Source: the human T2T-CHM13v2.0 reference genome, Homo sapiens. From it: 64,000 nt of DNA. This document shows, piece by piece, positions 40,425 through 53,385 of this stretch; within the stretch, counting starts at the first letter, position 1, and each line of letters begins with the position of its first letter. A program made the translations under genes and the position numbers. The notes beneath the pieces are model-generated. The model saw only the letters and a program-made list of their open reading frames with translations. It ran no database searches and was not told the DNA's origin. The stretch lies in the NCBI RefSeq assembly GCF_009914755.1, contig NC_060934.1. One strand, given 5' to 3'.

Positions 40425-40635
40425 ATTTTCCAAATATTGGTCCAAGGAACATTGTCAGGTTGGCTGCCTCAAAGTCTCTTTAGAAGCTTTGGAAAAATAG
40501 CGATTCCAAGGTCCTGTCCCAGAAATTCTGATTCAATGGGTTAAAGACCTCTTAGATGGAGCTCAAGAATCTGCCCTTTGAAATGAATTTGCCCAGCCTA
40601 TGACGATATGTATCCAGACTGGAAGATCACTACTC
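40425..40635. mobile_element. MER5-like hAT-Charlie relic
   Basis: gattccaaggtcctgtcccagaaattctgattcaatggg...ctcaagaatctgc. Confidence 0.55.
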
Positions 40636-41644
40636 TCCATTGTCTAATGGGCAGTGCCACGGGGTAACTTTAAACTACTTACATAATAAAATCTACCAAA
40701 AGTAGTAAAGTGAATATAGTAAAATTAGAGATCCTAATTTCTGAATGCTGACGCTTCTCTCAGCTCTAGTATTTCTAGAACAACTGGATCAAAAGCAACT
40801 GCTAGGGTGAACTATCATGTCGTCTGAAACCCCTGTTGGAGGCAAAACACTGAATTACATGCAATGAAGTCTCAGTGCACCATTCTTTACAAAGCATGAA
40901 GGAACAGCCACCAGCACCGTTTTGTTTTTCAGAGTGATGACGGTACTAGGACAAATTTGTTTTCTGATCTTCAGTGACCCTTGATTCACTGGGCAAGAAC
41001 AAAAAGCTCACGTAACAGTTTATTACCTGAACCATGTAAAACCCATTTATATATCATGGCCACTTCAACTGTGGTGGTTGATTGTGGTGAAGATTCCAGT
41101 AACCATGGGCAATGGCACCACCATTGATAATTAAAAGGCAAACCTTGTCAATGCTGATAGAAACTCTAGTTCAAGGTAGATTCATGTTAAGCATATTTGT
41201 GAACAGTTTAGTTATTAATAATTGTTTTATAGAATGTAAGTGGAAAACAATGTATCTAAATCAATACATTACTTTGTATAATAAATAATTTTAAAATATA
41301 AATTAGTAACCAAATTCATCAATCAGGGATTCTAAGTATATATTTAAATATATCATCTAAGGCTTTAAAACTTTTTAAAAACTTACATTTTGAAAACCTC
41401 ATATTTGGAAAAATATAATCTAAAGCTCTTAAAGTTTATATTTTTCTATCTCTCCCAGTGAAAATGAATGGCTGCCTTTATATTAGGGATTGCCTTATAT
41501 TCAGTTCTGTAAGTTCCATAATAATCATCATTTGCTGCTCCCTAAGTTAATAGGCATCTATCCTCAATTTATTTTGGGGTGTTTTAGGGAGGGCCCTTGT
41601 GAAGATACAGTTAGTTGCTTCCCAATATTCCTCCTCTCCTTCTT

Positions 41645-41740
41645 TTTCTATTTTGTTTGTCTGAGATAGGGTCACTCTATGTTGCCCAGGCTGGTCTTGA
41701 ACTCCTGGGCTCAAGGGACCTCCTGGCTAAGCCTCCTGAG
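41645..41740 (-). mobile_element. FLAM_A-like Alu monomer fragment
   Basis: gagatagggtcactctatgttgcccaggctggtcttgaactcctgggctcaag. Confidence 0.8.
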
Positions 41741-42063
41741 TCTTCTTCGTTTTTAGTAGTAGAGCTCCTGACTGTCAGAAACGTGCACAGCCACTCGGAG
41801 TAGAAGCCACATTTGCAGCCTCCTTTCCAGCCAGGGGTTGCCGGGCGATGAAGTTCCACCCCATGGATGATTGGCAGTGTGGGTGCAGCTTCCAACAACT
41901 CCCTTAGATGGAGTGGGCACCCTTTTCTTCCCACTTTCCTGCCAGCTGGTGGAACGTGGGTGCAAGGACAGACAGCCAAGCTGTCATCTTGACCGAGGGG
42001 AAGCCCCAAAGTTGGGCACGGCAGAGCCTGGAGATAGAGGGAGACTTACATCAATCTGGAATG

Positions 42064-42188
42064 GGCCGGGCTCAGTGGCTCATGCCTGTAATCCCAGCTC
42101 TTAGGGAGGCAGAAGCGGAAGGATAGCTTGAGCCCAGTAGTTCAATACCTGCCTAGGCAATATAGCAAGGCCCCGTTCTCCACAAATA

Positions 42189-42228
<40 letters not shown>
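42064..42228 (+). pseudogene. BCYRN1P: BC200 (brain cytoplasmic RNA 1) retropseudogene
   Basis: Alu monomer with BC200-type positions: CCCAGCTCT(T)AGGGAGG, GGATAGCTTGAGCCC, ACCTGCCT(A)GGCAATATAGC, CCCCGTTCTCCA; 39-nt poly(A); diverged TSD caatc(c)tgg(a/g)atg. Confidence 0.85.
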
Positions 42229-42230
<2 letters not shown>

Positions 42231-42339
42231 CAATCCTGGGATGACTACCTCCACTTCATAGACTTCATAAGAGTAATAAACCCCACCTTATGGAAGCTAC
42301 TGCCAGTTTGAGTTTTTCTTATTTGCCATCAAACTTAAT

Positions 42340-42895
42340 ATTTTTTAAAATTTTATTTTATTTTATTTTAAGCTCCAGGATACATGTGCAGGATGTGCAG
42401 ATTTGTTACGTACGTAAAAGTGTGCCATAGTGGTTTGCTGCACCTATCAACCCATCACCTGGTATTAAACCTGGCATGCATTAGCTATTAATCCTGATGC
42501 TCTGTCTCCTCCCAGCCTCCCAACAGGCCCCAGTGTGTGTGTTGTTCCCCTCCCTGTGTTCTCAATGTTCAGCTCCCACTTATAAGTGAGAACATGCAGT
42601 GTTTGGTTTTCTGTCCTGTGTTAGTTTGCTGAGGATAATGGCTTCCAGCTCCATCCATGTCCCTGCAAAGAACATGACCTTGTTCCTTTTTATGGCTGCA
42701 TAGTATTCCATAGTGTATATGTACCACATTTTCTTCATCCAGTCTATCATTGAGGGGTATTTGGGTTGATTCCATGTCTTTGCTGTAGTGAATAGTGCTG
42801 CGATAAACATGTGCATGTGTCTTTATAGTAGAATAATTTATATTCCTTTGAGTATATACCCAGTAATGGGATTGCTGGGTCAAATGGTGTTTCTG
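42340..42895 (-). mobile_element. L1PA7/8-like 3' end
   Basis: ORF2 C-terminus MFIAALFTTAKTWNQPKYPS; TSD catcaaacttaat (42327-42339) / catcaaacctaat (42896-42908). Confidence 0.93.
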
Positions 42896-43980
42896 CATCA
42901 AACCTAATCTTAACTGATTTTGGTCCCTTACAGGTTGATATTTTAGGTGGTGGAAACTTAATCTGGCATCCCTCAAATGATTTTCCTCAACTTTAGCCAA
43001 ATTAAAAAAAAAAGAGAGAGAGAGACAGTACAAAAAAGAAAAAGAGAAAACTAAGGACAGCTTGCCATCAGGCTGGTAACTGTTTCTCCATTCAATCATT
43101 CAGGGCCAGGAATAGGGGAAAGGGTGGTGAGCCAGGTGTCCGGCTGGCAGGGTGGAGAATGGGCTCTTTTGTCACCAAATCCATCTGTAGATAATTAACA
43201 GCTGGCTGGAACAGGTAACCAAAGCCAGCCTCTTCAGATAAGGCCAGAGGTGAATTACTTCCACGATGAATGTCATGTCTGTCTGTGGAAGAGCGAGACG
43301 GAGTATAGACCCTGATGTGTTTGATGAAAGGCAGTTCGTGGATGTAAAATATGATTGTACACTATTACTCATTGAAATGGTTTGCAGCAAAGACAGATTC
43401 TTAGAGGCAACTGGCTATATAGTCTCTTTTTTTTAATAGCATATGTGTCAGCCAAACAGACATATGCCTTAACAGCTTTTAATTATTTCTACTGTTTGCT
43501 TACTTCTTTGCATTAAACATGACTTTAGTCTTTTGCATATTCATCTGAAATCTTCATTCCCTCACCCGCAGTAATAACTTCTTTAATAATTGCTGCCAGG
43601 TCTGTGGGGATTTTTGTAAAAACAATCAGCCTTTCTTCAAACCAAAACATTCCTATTTACCTTGAAGTTTTTTTTTTTTTTTTTTCTATTCATAGTTTCT
43701 GCTTATCCTTCCTGGCAGGAGGGAAGTTTCGATGGCTCCCGCACGCACTAACTTGTTTGTTAACTCTGCAGTTCAGAGCAACCCTGTTTTACCATGAATC
43801 CCCTGGCAGCCTGACAGTTTCACTCACAGGTGTGTCTTGGGGCAAAGTCATCCCCAGTTCCAGGTCTAACTCCATTAATTTCATAGACGATTCTGAAAAG
43901 GGTTTATAACATGATATTACTAGGATCGTGTTGGTTTACATTGAATAGAAATAGTGTGTCACAGGAGAAGACAAAAGAGA

Positions 43981-44289
43981 TTTTTTTTTTTTTTTTTTTT
44001 TTTTTTGAGACGGAGTTTCACTCTTGTTTCCCAGGCTGGAGTGCAATGGCAGATCTCGGCTCACTGCAACCTCTGCCTCCTGGGTTCAAGCGATTCTCCT
44101 GCCTCAGCCTCTCAAGTAGCTGCGATTACAGGCTTAAGCCACCGCCACCACGCCTAGCTAGTTTTTCGTATTTTTAGTAGAGACAGGATTTCATCATGTT
44201 GGCCAGGCCGGTCTCGAACTCCAGGTGATCCGCCTGCCTCGGCCTCCCAAAGTGTTGGGATTACAGGCGTGAGACACCGTGCCTGGTCC
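43981..44289 (-). mobile_element. AluSp/Sq-like
   Basis: gagtttcactcttgtt, gtgcaatggc; TSD aaagagat(t/g)tttt. Confidence 0.95.
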
Positions 44290-44399
44290 AAAGAGATGTT
44301 TTTATGTGGTTCACCTTCGACCTTCATCAGGGTGACTCAGGAGGCACATTCTGAAGCCACTCTCCAACACTTAAGTTTTTTGCCAGGTATTTTTCACAA

Positions 44400-44930
44400 A
44401 GCAACGATTTGAACAATGAAGGAGAAAATGTAGCCTCGCAACTTCATTCGTAAATAATCCAGACTAACCGCACGGAGTATAATGGATCAAAGTGAGCAGA
44501 ATCGCTCACTTTGGATGAGATCAGCCCTAGAATGAAAGCAAAACCGAGATGATGGACGGCGCAGGCTCCTTGGAGATCCGTGTTCATGACACCTGCAAGG
44601 ACTGTGGGCAAGCTGCCAACCAGACATGAAATTAGCAATTAGTTGCATATTCTTCCGAGTGGGTCATGTGCTCCTTGCAATCCAGGCACATCTCTTTCCA
44701 TCTGGCAGGGGTGTGGCGTATTTCCAGAGGGCTTCAATGCGCAATCCGGCAGCGCAGTGCTGGGAGCCCCGGCACAGGACGCCTGACCACACTGACATAC
44801 ACATATTCGCGTCCGTCTTTCCCTCTCTCCACTCCTCCTGCCCTGCCTGCTCCCATCATTCCGACCTCTGATCATTTCTGTTCTCCAGACAAGCAGGATG
44901 AGCAGGAAAGAGCCCGGGCCTCTGAGTCAG
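44400..44930. promoter_or_regulatory. CpG-enriched unique region; candidate enhancer or promoter
   Basis: About 22 CpGs counted in 520 bp of non-repeat DNA; KLF-like GGGGTGTGG, C/EBP-like TGCGCAAT and AP-1 TGAGTCA motifs. Confidence 0.45.
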
Positions 44931-45643
44931 AGGATGCCAGTCCAAACCAGGGCTGTCTGATGAAATGCAGATGCCCAGTTAGAGTGTCATTCCAGGTAGA
45001 CATCAATTTTTATTTTAGTAGTAGTGTGTCCCAGTGATTAATTATTTCTTGTGTATTTGATGTTTCAGTTTAATGAGCATCCTGCATATTTGTTTAATAT
45101 GGTTAAATTTGGCAAACTTGGTCTAAATTTAATTTCTGTCATGAATTTAGACAAGTCATTTAACATTGGAGGTTCTCAGTTTCTTGACTGCCGAGACGGG
45201 GTGAGTTGCTGAGAAGGGAAAGGGATAAGCGGTAGGATTATTTCCCAATGTCTGGCGCTCTGTTCACCAATTCAATACCTATTGTTCTATTAACAGATTC
45301 TTGCTGAAAATCTCCAGCATGCCAGCCAATGTGATCCATACAAGCCAACATCAAAGATGAATAAGAGGTATTCCTCAGGAAGTAATACCTTTATAGAAGT
45401 TTATAGCATTTTACCTTTATGGTAATCCTATGATTCAATAGTTATAATTTCTGCTTTATTCATGAGAAAAATGCAACATAGGGAATTAATCGCAAAAGTA
45501 GTAAGGGGAATGGACAGGAATGTATTTCCACAGCCAACCGTTTCTTACAATGCAGCCTCCAAAGTCTCTCAAATGACAAGGCAGAATGGAGTGTGAGCAC
45601 TAAACGTACTAGGCGCCTGTGACTGGTAGACTTCCGTGCTTAC

Positions 45644-45806
45644 TCTGTCATCATCTTTTTGCACATTTTAAGGCCTTCCTGAGTCCCAGAAGACCAAGTG
45701 GAGTTGTGGCTAAGGCGAGCTATTGTACCATGGTGAGTTGGACATCGCTGTTTTCTCGTGGGAGCCGTTTCGAGAGAGCTCTCTGTAATGTCGCCGTGTC
45801 CTTCGC
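45644..45806 (-). other. Candidate exon (possibly lncRNA)
   Basis: Minus-strand acceptor tgtgtttgcattttgtatgcag|G and donor ACAGA|gtaagc; CpG-rich; no transcript evidence. Confidence 0.25.
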
Positions 45807-46991
45807 CTGCATACAAAATGCAAACACAAGACGTGTCATTAATGAGACAACCCAGATTTCTTATTCTTTCTCTGACCTTCCCCCTGCAATCCTCCTTCGA
45901 TGGGATGCGGGCAACTTTCTGAAGGACTGAAACCCGGGGGAGAGGGGAGGATGTTTACTGAGCACATTACTTAGAACAAAAATAGCTGAAAGCTTCATGA
46001 TATCTTTTTAGGTTATGTCAAAATGTCCCTGGGGTCAAAATACTGGTACCAAAAGAGTCACATGAAAATGTCATGCCCAGATGGAGCGACAGTTCATGCT
46101 TCATCATAAACGTTTGCCTTAGAATGCAGAGTTTTCCACTCTATTTATTTTTCCAAATTCCTTTGGCCACTCCTCCCAGCAACACTAAGTTCTTTTGAAA
46201 ACAAGAACTAGAATTCCCCCCTATGAAGTCTATAAAACCTGCAAAGGGTTTAGAGATATGCTGGAAAAAAATGGAATACAAAAGGCTCAATACTTAAGTA
46301 ATTTTATGACTTCCTTCTTTCCTGAAGAGCAGTCAATAATGCAACTCCTTGTGTGTAATATTGTAAGTTCCCACCATCCACACTTAGATAAGTATCAGGA
46401 CCTAGCTCAACTCATTTATTTTGTCTCTCCATCAATATCGTGAGTGCATAAAAATATGGTTCTTGTCAGTGCAAAGTAGATGCATTCAGCAAGAGTGGGG
46501 TGGGTCCTTCCTCCAACAAGACTACGAGAGTAGAGGGAGTTTGCCGAGTAGCTGGCTGCTGCCTGGGTGGAGGAAACCAGGGGTGGAGAGTCGCCCCTTT
46601 CTATCTTTTCCATCCCTGGGGTTCACAGACCCTGTTCTTCTGTGGGTGTCCACAGGTCCAGAGGTGCAACCCTGCAGTGGGATGTCATAGGATGTGACCA
46701 TGGGCCTTGTGGGGAGACTCTGCCAGTCTGTGACAGGGATGTTCCCTCTGTGACCCCCTATTCCAAGGGCGTCTCTCTTCCTTTGTCTCCTTCATCCCCT
46801 TTGGAACATCTCCCAGGACCTAGGGTTCCTCTGGAGTCTGATGGCCCACTCCACGATGACACCCCAGCCGGGCCAGCCTCCTCCCCTTGTGCCCACATCC
46901 CACCACCATGGGTACCTGCCTTGAGCTGTAATCCCTGGAACCAAGTCTCCCTATTTTACAAAGTCTCAGACAACCATCCAATGCTTAAGGT

Positions 46992-47200
46992 CTTTTTTTT
47001 CATTTTGTAATTTTTTTTAGCTTAATTTGATTTTAAGTTCCAGGATTCATGTGCAGGACGTGCACGTTTGTCACATAGGTAAACCTGTGCCATTAAAAAG
47101 TGGGCAAAGGACATGAACAGACACTTCTCAAAAGAAGACACGCGGCCAACAAACATATGAAAAAAAGCTCAACATCACTGATCATTAGAGAAATGCAAAT
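46992..47200 (-). mobile_element. Short 5'-inverted (twin-primed) L1PA insertion
   Basis: Minus-strand L1 3' terminus (46992-47093) joined to a plus-strand ORF2 piece (47090-47200); flanking repeat cttaaggt (46984 / 47201). Confidence 0.85.
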
Positions 47201-47389
47201 CTTAAGGTTTTTAATGATGGGAAAAGTCTTGATGTGTCTCATCCAAAGTGCGCTTGCTTTAGACCAAGAGACCTGCCTTGGAGATGATCGGCTCAGTAGA
47301 CTGAATCTCCAGTAGAAGTGGGAGATTCTTGCTTGAGCTCTTATTATGTACTTAGCAGATGAAAAACACTTAATTGAATTTAACAACAG

Positions 47390-47535
47390 TCTTCTCATGT
47401 GGGCATTATGTGACAATTTTTATAAAAGGAAATTGAGGCTTAGAGTTGTTAAGTGACCACTGTCCCAGATCACACAGCATGTGAGTGACAGTGAAGAGAT
47501 TTAATCGAAAGCTATCTGACTCCAAAGTTCCCAAC
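47390..47535 (-). mobile_element. MIR
   Basis: aaggaaattgaggcttagagttgttaagtgacc...cccagatcacacagc...tctgactccaaag. Confidence 0.7.
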
Positions 47536-48324
47536 CACAGGAGCTATTTAGACGGTGATTCACTCCACTCACACAGGCCCTCAGGTATACCTGGGGGACG
47601 GTGCCTGTTGTCACCACAATTGGTAATTATCCTATCTCCTGCTATAGACGTTTAATCTCCTTGGACTAGAGCAAATCCTTCTACCCACCAGATGTTATTG
47701 CTACACACTCTCAAAGGGAAAGAGAACAGCTAGACTCATTGAGAAAAAAAAAGACCAGCAGGTCCTTACAAAATCACATGTTTATAAGGAAACGACTTTT
47801 GAAAAAGGTGTGAACTCAGATAAGCAAATTTAAAGTAACCAATTAAGATGGAGAAATCTTCAAAGAACCTTCTACAGTTGATATACAGGCCTTGAAAAAG
47901 AATCCTGAAATCAAAAGTATCACCCAGGAACACTGAGGAACACCAGTTTTGACCAAGCTACCCCCTTAGTGGTTCCTAATCGCCCACAGAATTGAGTCCA
48001 AATTCCCCAGCATGGAGTGGAAGGCCCATCTCAAAGTGGCTCAAATCTGCCCATCCAACCGCACACACATCATGCACCGACCTGAGGTGCCTGGACTCTA
48101 TCTTCTTTAGTTTTATTTTTTGTATATTTGCTGTTTTAAATATTTAGTAGTTATTAATGATAACATGAATTTCCACATGCTTTAGTGACTCTGGTTGGAA
48201 ATCTCTTCCTAAACTGTGTATGATGAGCAAAGCCGCGCACGTTAAGATCCAAATGAATGCCGGCCACCTCTGTGTGCTATAGGATTCTGTGAGTCCTGGT
48301 CTTCACTGATGAGAGTCACCTGCT

Positions 48325-48545
48325 GCAACCTTTGCTAAGCACCTCCTCTGTGCTGTGCATTGTACTCAACTTATCTCATTTTAATTTTATAAAATCATGT
48401 CTCCAGAACATACTATTATCCTTAATTTATAAATCTGAAATTGAGACTTAGGAGAAAAAAAGTTTAATTTTCCCATAGTTATATCATAAGTGAATTCCAA
48501 ACCAAGGTTTAACTCAAGTAGCTTTGAGTCTGAATCCTAAAATCA
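48325..48545 (-). mobile_element. MIR
   Basis: tgctaagcacctcctctgtgctgtgcattgtactcaacttatctcatt...gaaattgagactta. Confidence 0.6.
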
Positions 48546-48759
48546 ACCAAAACAATGAATGATATTCTCAAACAAAGATGTCCTCTAATTTGGCTAAGTC
48601 TGCAGCTATAATTTTAGAATAGAAGTCTTTTTTCTAATATATGTTTAAGGTAACCAAGGGAAATTCCAGGTCCAGTTTACCTCTTTTTCTTGCATGGGAC
48701 CTTTCCTCCTAGGTTATAACGTGGCCAAATTAAAAAAAAAAAAAAGGAACCAGCTGGAG

Positions 48760-48960
48760 CTCTGGTTCCCAAGATGCGATTCCCAACCTGCAGCCCCCCC
48801 GCCCCCCGCCCCCCGTCTTCTGAGAACTTGCTAGACCTGCACATTTCCGGTCCTCACCACAGACCCCCAGAATCAGAACCCTGGAGTGAGGCCCAGAATC
48901 TGTCTAAATCAGCCTTCCTAGTGAATCTCATGTGTGCTCAAGTTTAAGAATAGCTGAGCT
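48760..48960. mobile_element. MER5A-like relic with inserted C-rich tract
   Basis: ttcccaagatgcg...gaacttgctagacctgcacatttccggtcctcaccacagacc...gaatcagaa...ctcaagtttaagaa. Confidence 0.6.
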
Positions 48961-49259
48961 GGAGGAGGAAGAGCAGGGTCGTCTGCAGTGTGCAGGTCAG
49001 TCACCACCTTTGCATACCTGGGAGCATCCGAGACCACGGTTCCCAAACCAGGCTGCACGTTAGAACTGCCTGGGCAGCGTGGGAATCCATCCACCTGGCA
49101 TTGGGATTAAAGGGAGCCACTTGGCACGGGGAGTTTGAGTGATTCTGCTGTTGGGGATCCTCTGATTGGAAAGAAGAAGCAGCACGTCCGTCATTACCGG
49201 GAACTGCAGAGCAGCCTTCAGTAATCGGAGATAATCCATTAGCTTAAGCAGATTCAGAT

Positions 49260-49260
49260 T

Positions 49261-49288
<28 letters not shown>
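49260..49288. repeat. (TG)n microsatellite
   Basis: Direct inspection. Confidence 0.95.
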
Positions 49289-49291
<3 letters not shown>

Positions 49292-49879
49292 GCAGCCTAC
49301 AATTCTTCTGGAGGACATCCCTGACTCCAGGGCCAGGCTGACCTCTAACCAGTCTGTGGGCTCCTAGATAGACCTCTCCGTCTCTCAGACTTGCACTGTA
49401 GTTTGCCAAGTGAGATAGCAAAACTATGTTAGTGCAAAGTGAACTTTTCAAGGTTTAATGTTTTAAAATCTGAACTGTGCCTAGGACATATAACAATTTG
49501 TTGAACGATTGGTGGATTTAACCCAGTTGATGTGCCAGGCAGGTATTTGTCTTGGTCCCAATGGCATCCCATAAAGTGATTAAACAAGAAATCCTGGGAA
49601 TTTTTGTCCATAGACTGGTATGGTTTATAAATTCTTAGGAAGAAAACTGGTTGGCAATAAAAATAGCTATGTATTGAGTGGCAATATGTGCTAAAGACTT
49701 GGTATAATTTATCTCAATTTTTTTAATAACCCTACTAAGCATAGAGAAATTAATTTGCCAAAGTTGCAAAGCCAGTAAGAGACAATAATGTGTATTTGTA
49801 TCTGCCCAACGTTTTTTTCCCTCTTAGTCTACTAATGTTTAGGGACTTATCTCTCCTACTCCTCTAGGGCTTCTGATTC

Positions 49880-50335
49880 AAATTGCACCCCATCACCATC
49901 CCAACCGCATGGGTGAGCACATGATCAAGGATTGGCCAATCATGGGTCCCTTCTGGCCATGCTGATTGGCTCAGAGATGGGCAAATGACCTTGATCCAGC
50001 CAATCAGATGCCTTCCTTGGGATTTTATATAGGGCCACTGACAAAGGTACTTTCTCTCTTTCTTCTGGAGTTCTCGAGCTGAGATTAAACAAATCCGCAT
50101 CTGTCTGCAACCCAACCCTCCTCTCAATGCCTACCATTAGCTCATCTACATCTGCCTCAAGGGAGAATAAAATCACAGGGAAACAAGAGAGAGGAAAGGA
50201 AGAAGCCCTGTACTCCCTTTTTCCAAAATTGCCAGGCCAGCTCCATTCCTGGCCTTCTCCGTTCCATATGATTCATTCCCTTTTTCCACAAAGCTAGCCT
50301 GAGTTGGATTTCTGTCACTTCCAAACAGTGTACTG
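49880..50335 (+). mobile_element. Old MaLR LTR (MLT1K/L-like)
   Basis: gattggccaatcatgg...gattggctcagagatgggcaaatgacc...ccagccaatcaga; end gagttggatttctgtcactt. Confidence 0.6.
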
Positions 50336-50713
50336 GCTAGATCATGGAACTCGTATTTCAACCTCTGTCTTTCCCTCTGACTCAGCTCATAGGCACAGCT
50401 CTGTGATGAGAAGAGGAGGTACACATCAGTGCCATTGTTGCTGGTGGGGTTTCTCCCTCATGTCTCCAATTTCAGACCCAGGCCTCACCAAGGCACACTC
50501 AGGCATTGCCCAGTAGGTGACAATCTGACCTGAATCTTCAGTCCTATTGGGCCTTGTGCAGGAAGGACGATGGCTTGCCTGCCATTTGACCTGGCAGACA
50601 AATATTCACAGGGATTGCTGTCCACTTGTTAGATGAGTATGCTTCAACCCTGTCTTATGATCTCACCCCAGCTCAAAAAATCTTCCAAGATTTTCCATTA
50701 CTTATAAAAACGT

Positions 50714-51190
<477 letters not shown>

Positions 51191-51726
51191 TTAGGAAAAA
51201 CTAACACCGCGGCATCCTGAAGTCTGTCTGTGAACAGGGAGAGGTAAGAGACGAGAAGGAAAAGACCTTTGCTGTTTACTAACCATTTTCTGAATACGAG
51301 TCAAAATTGTAATATGAAAACTCCCTCCTACTGAGGTTTCCCCCCAAAGCAGGTAACGTATGTGCATCTCTGCTGCTTCTCACACTGAAGCCGAGGTCAA
51401 GCAGTGCCTCCCAGACTGTTGTGTGCACCTACATCATCTGGGCAGATGTTGAAATGTAGGTTTCTGATAAAACACACCTGAGAGCGAGCCCAGGAATCTG
51501 CCTTCCTAAAGAAGCATGGTGGGAGACTTGGATGCATGCAGCCCTCTGAATATCTGTAAAGGTCCAGGGTTCCAGTGATTGTCTTGATTCCTGGTCCTCT
51601 ATTGAGGCTGCATTTTGTGTTCTGTTCTTTTCCTTCCATGCAATGGTGGGTTGTTTCAGGTTAACCCAAGACATTTGTCTTCCTTTACTTTTATTTCCCT
51701 GTCTAACACTTTGCACATTATATTAA

Positions 51727-52257
<531 letters not shown>

Positions 52258-52931
52258 TGAATGATGAAGAAGCCGCCCTCCTGGTTATTACTGAGAATGG
52301 TGGTTAATTCTGGAAGAACAGGAAAGAATTGACAGAGAGAAGCAACCTCCTAAAATCAGGTCCTATGGCGTAGTTCTGTCATCACTCGTATCAGATCTAT
52401 GTCTTAGTTTATTGTCATTAGATAACCACAAGAGATTCACAGTTATCCCTCCTTAATATTAGGAAACAAACTTGTTATAACCTACTGTCAGGGCTCTCTT
52501 GATTGTTAGCCTAGTTGACCTACATTTCCCTACTTCAAATTTTGGCACTGTTTTTATCAAAGTGTATATGTCAAGTGACAAACAGTCTTTGCAAATGCAA
52601 AGTATGCAGCTTTAGGAGCCAAAGTTTTCTGTAGATTTCTAGTTACTTCTCTAGGGTGTTTGTCTAAAATACGTTCAGAAAAAAAAATTATTTCTGAGTT
52701 AGGAAGCAGCATTTCTGATCCTGACGAGATGGTACTTCCTTGAGGTCTGGCTACCGCCTGGACTCTTTCTTGTTTCCTGGGTATTCCCAGCATTTAGCAC
52801 AGTGCCCAATGCTTACTGGAAAGGGGTTTCGATCCAGACCCCAAGAGAGGGTTCCTGGATCTTGCGCAAGAAAGAGTATGAGGTGAATCCATAGAGTAAA
52901 GTGAAAGCAGGTTTATTAAGAAAGTAAAGGA

Positions 52932-53234
<303 letters not shown>

Positions 53235-53355
53235 AAGTAAAGGAATAAAGAATGACTACTCCATAGGCAGAGCAGCAGCATGGGCCATTCAGCTGCTTAT
53301 ATTTATTGTGACTTCTTGGTTATATGCTGAACGAGGGGTGGATTATTCAAGAGTT

Positions 53356-53385
53356 TTCTGGGAAAGGGGTGGCCAATTTCCGGAA
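53356..53385. promoter_or_regulatory. Tandem GAS (STAT1) motifs in MER41B
   Basis: TTCTGGGAA (53356-53364) fits TTCnnnGAA; TTTCCGGAA (53377-53385) is degenerate. Confidence 0.5.

Larger units (their letters stand above)
41750..42920 (+). mobile_element. LTR33/LTR16-like ERVL LTR, split by BC200 and L1 insertions
   Basis: cacatttgcagcctcctttccagccagggg...gcagcttcca...gctgtcatcttgacc...ggcagagcctggagatagagg; resumes at 42230-42339 and 42896-42920. Confidence 0.6.
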
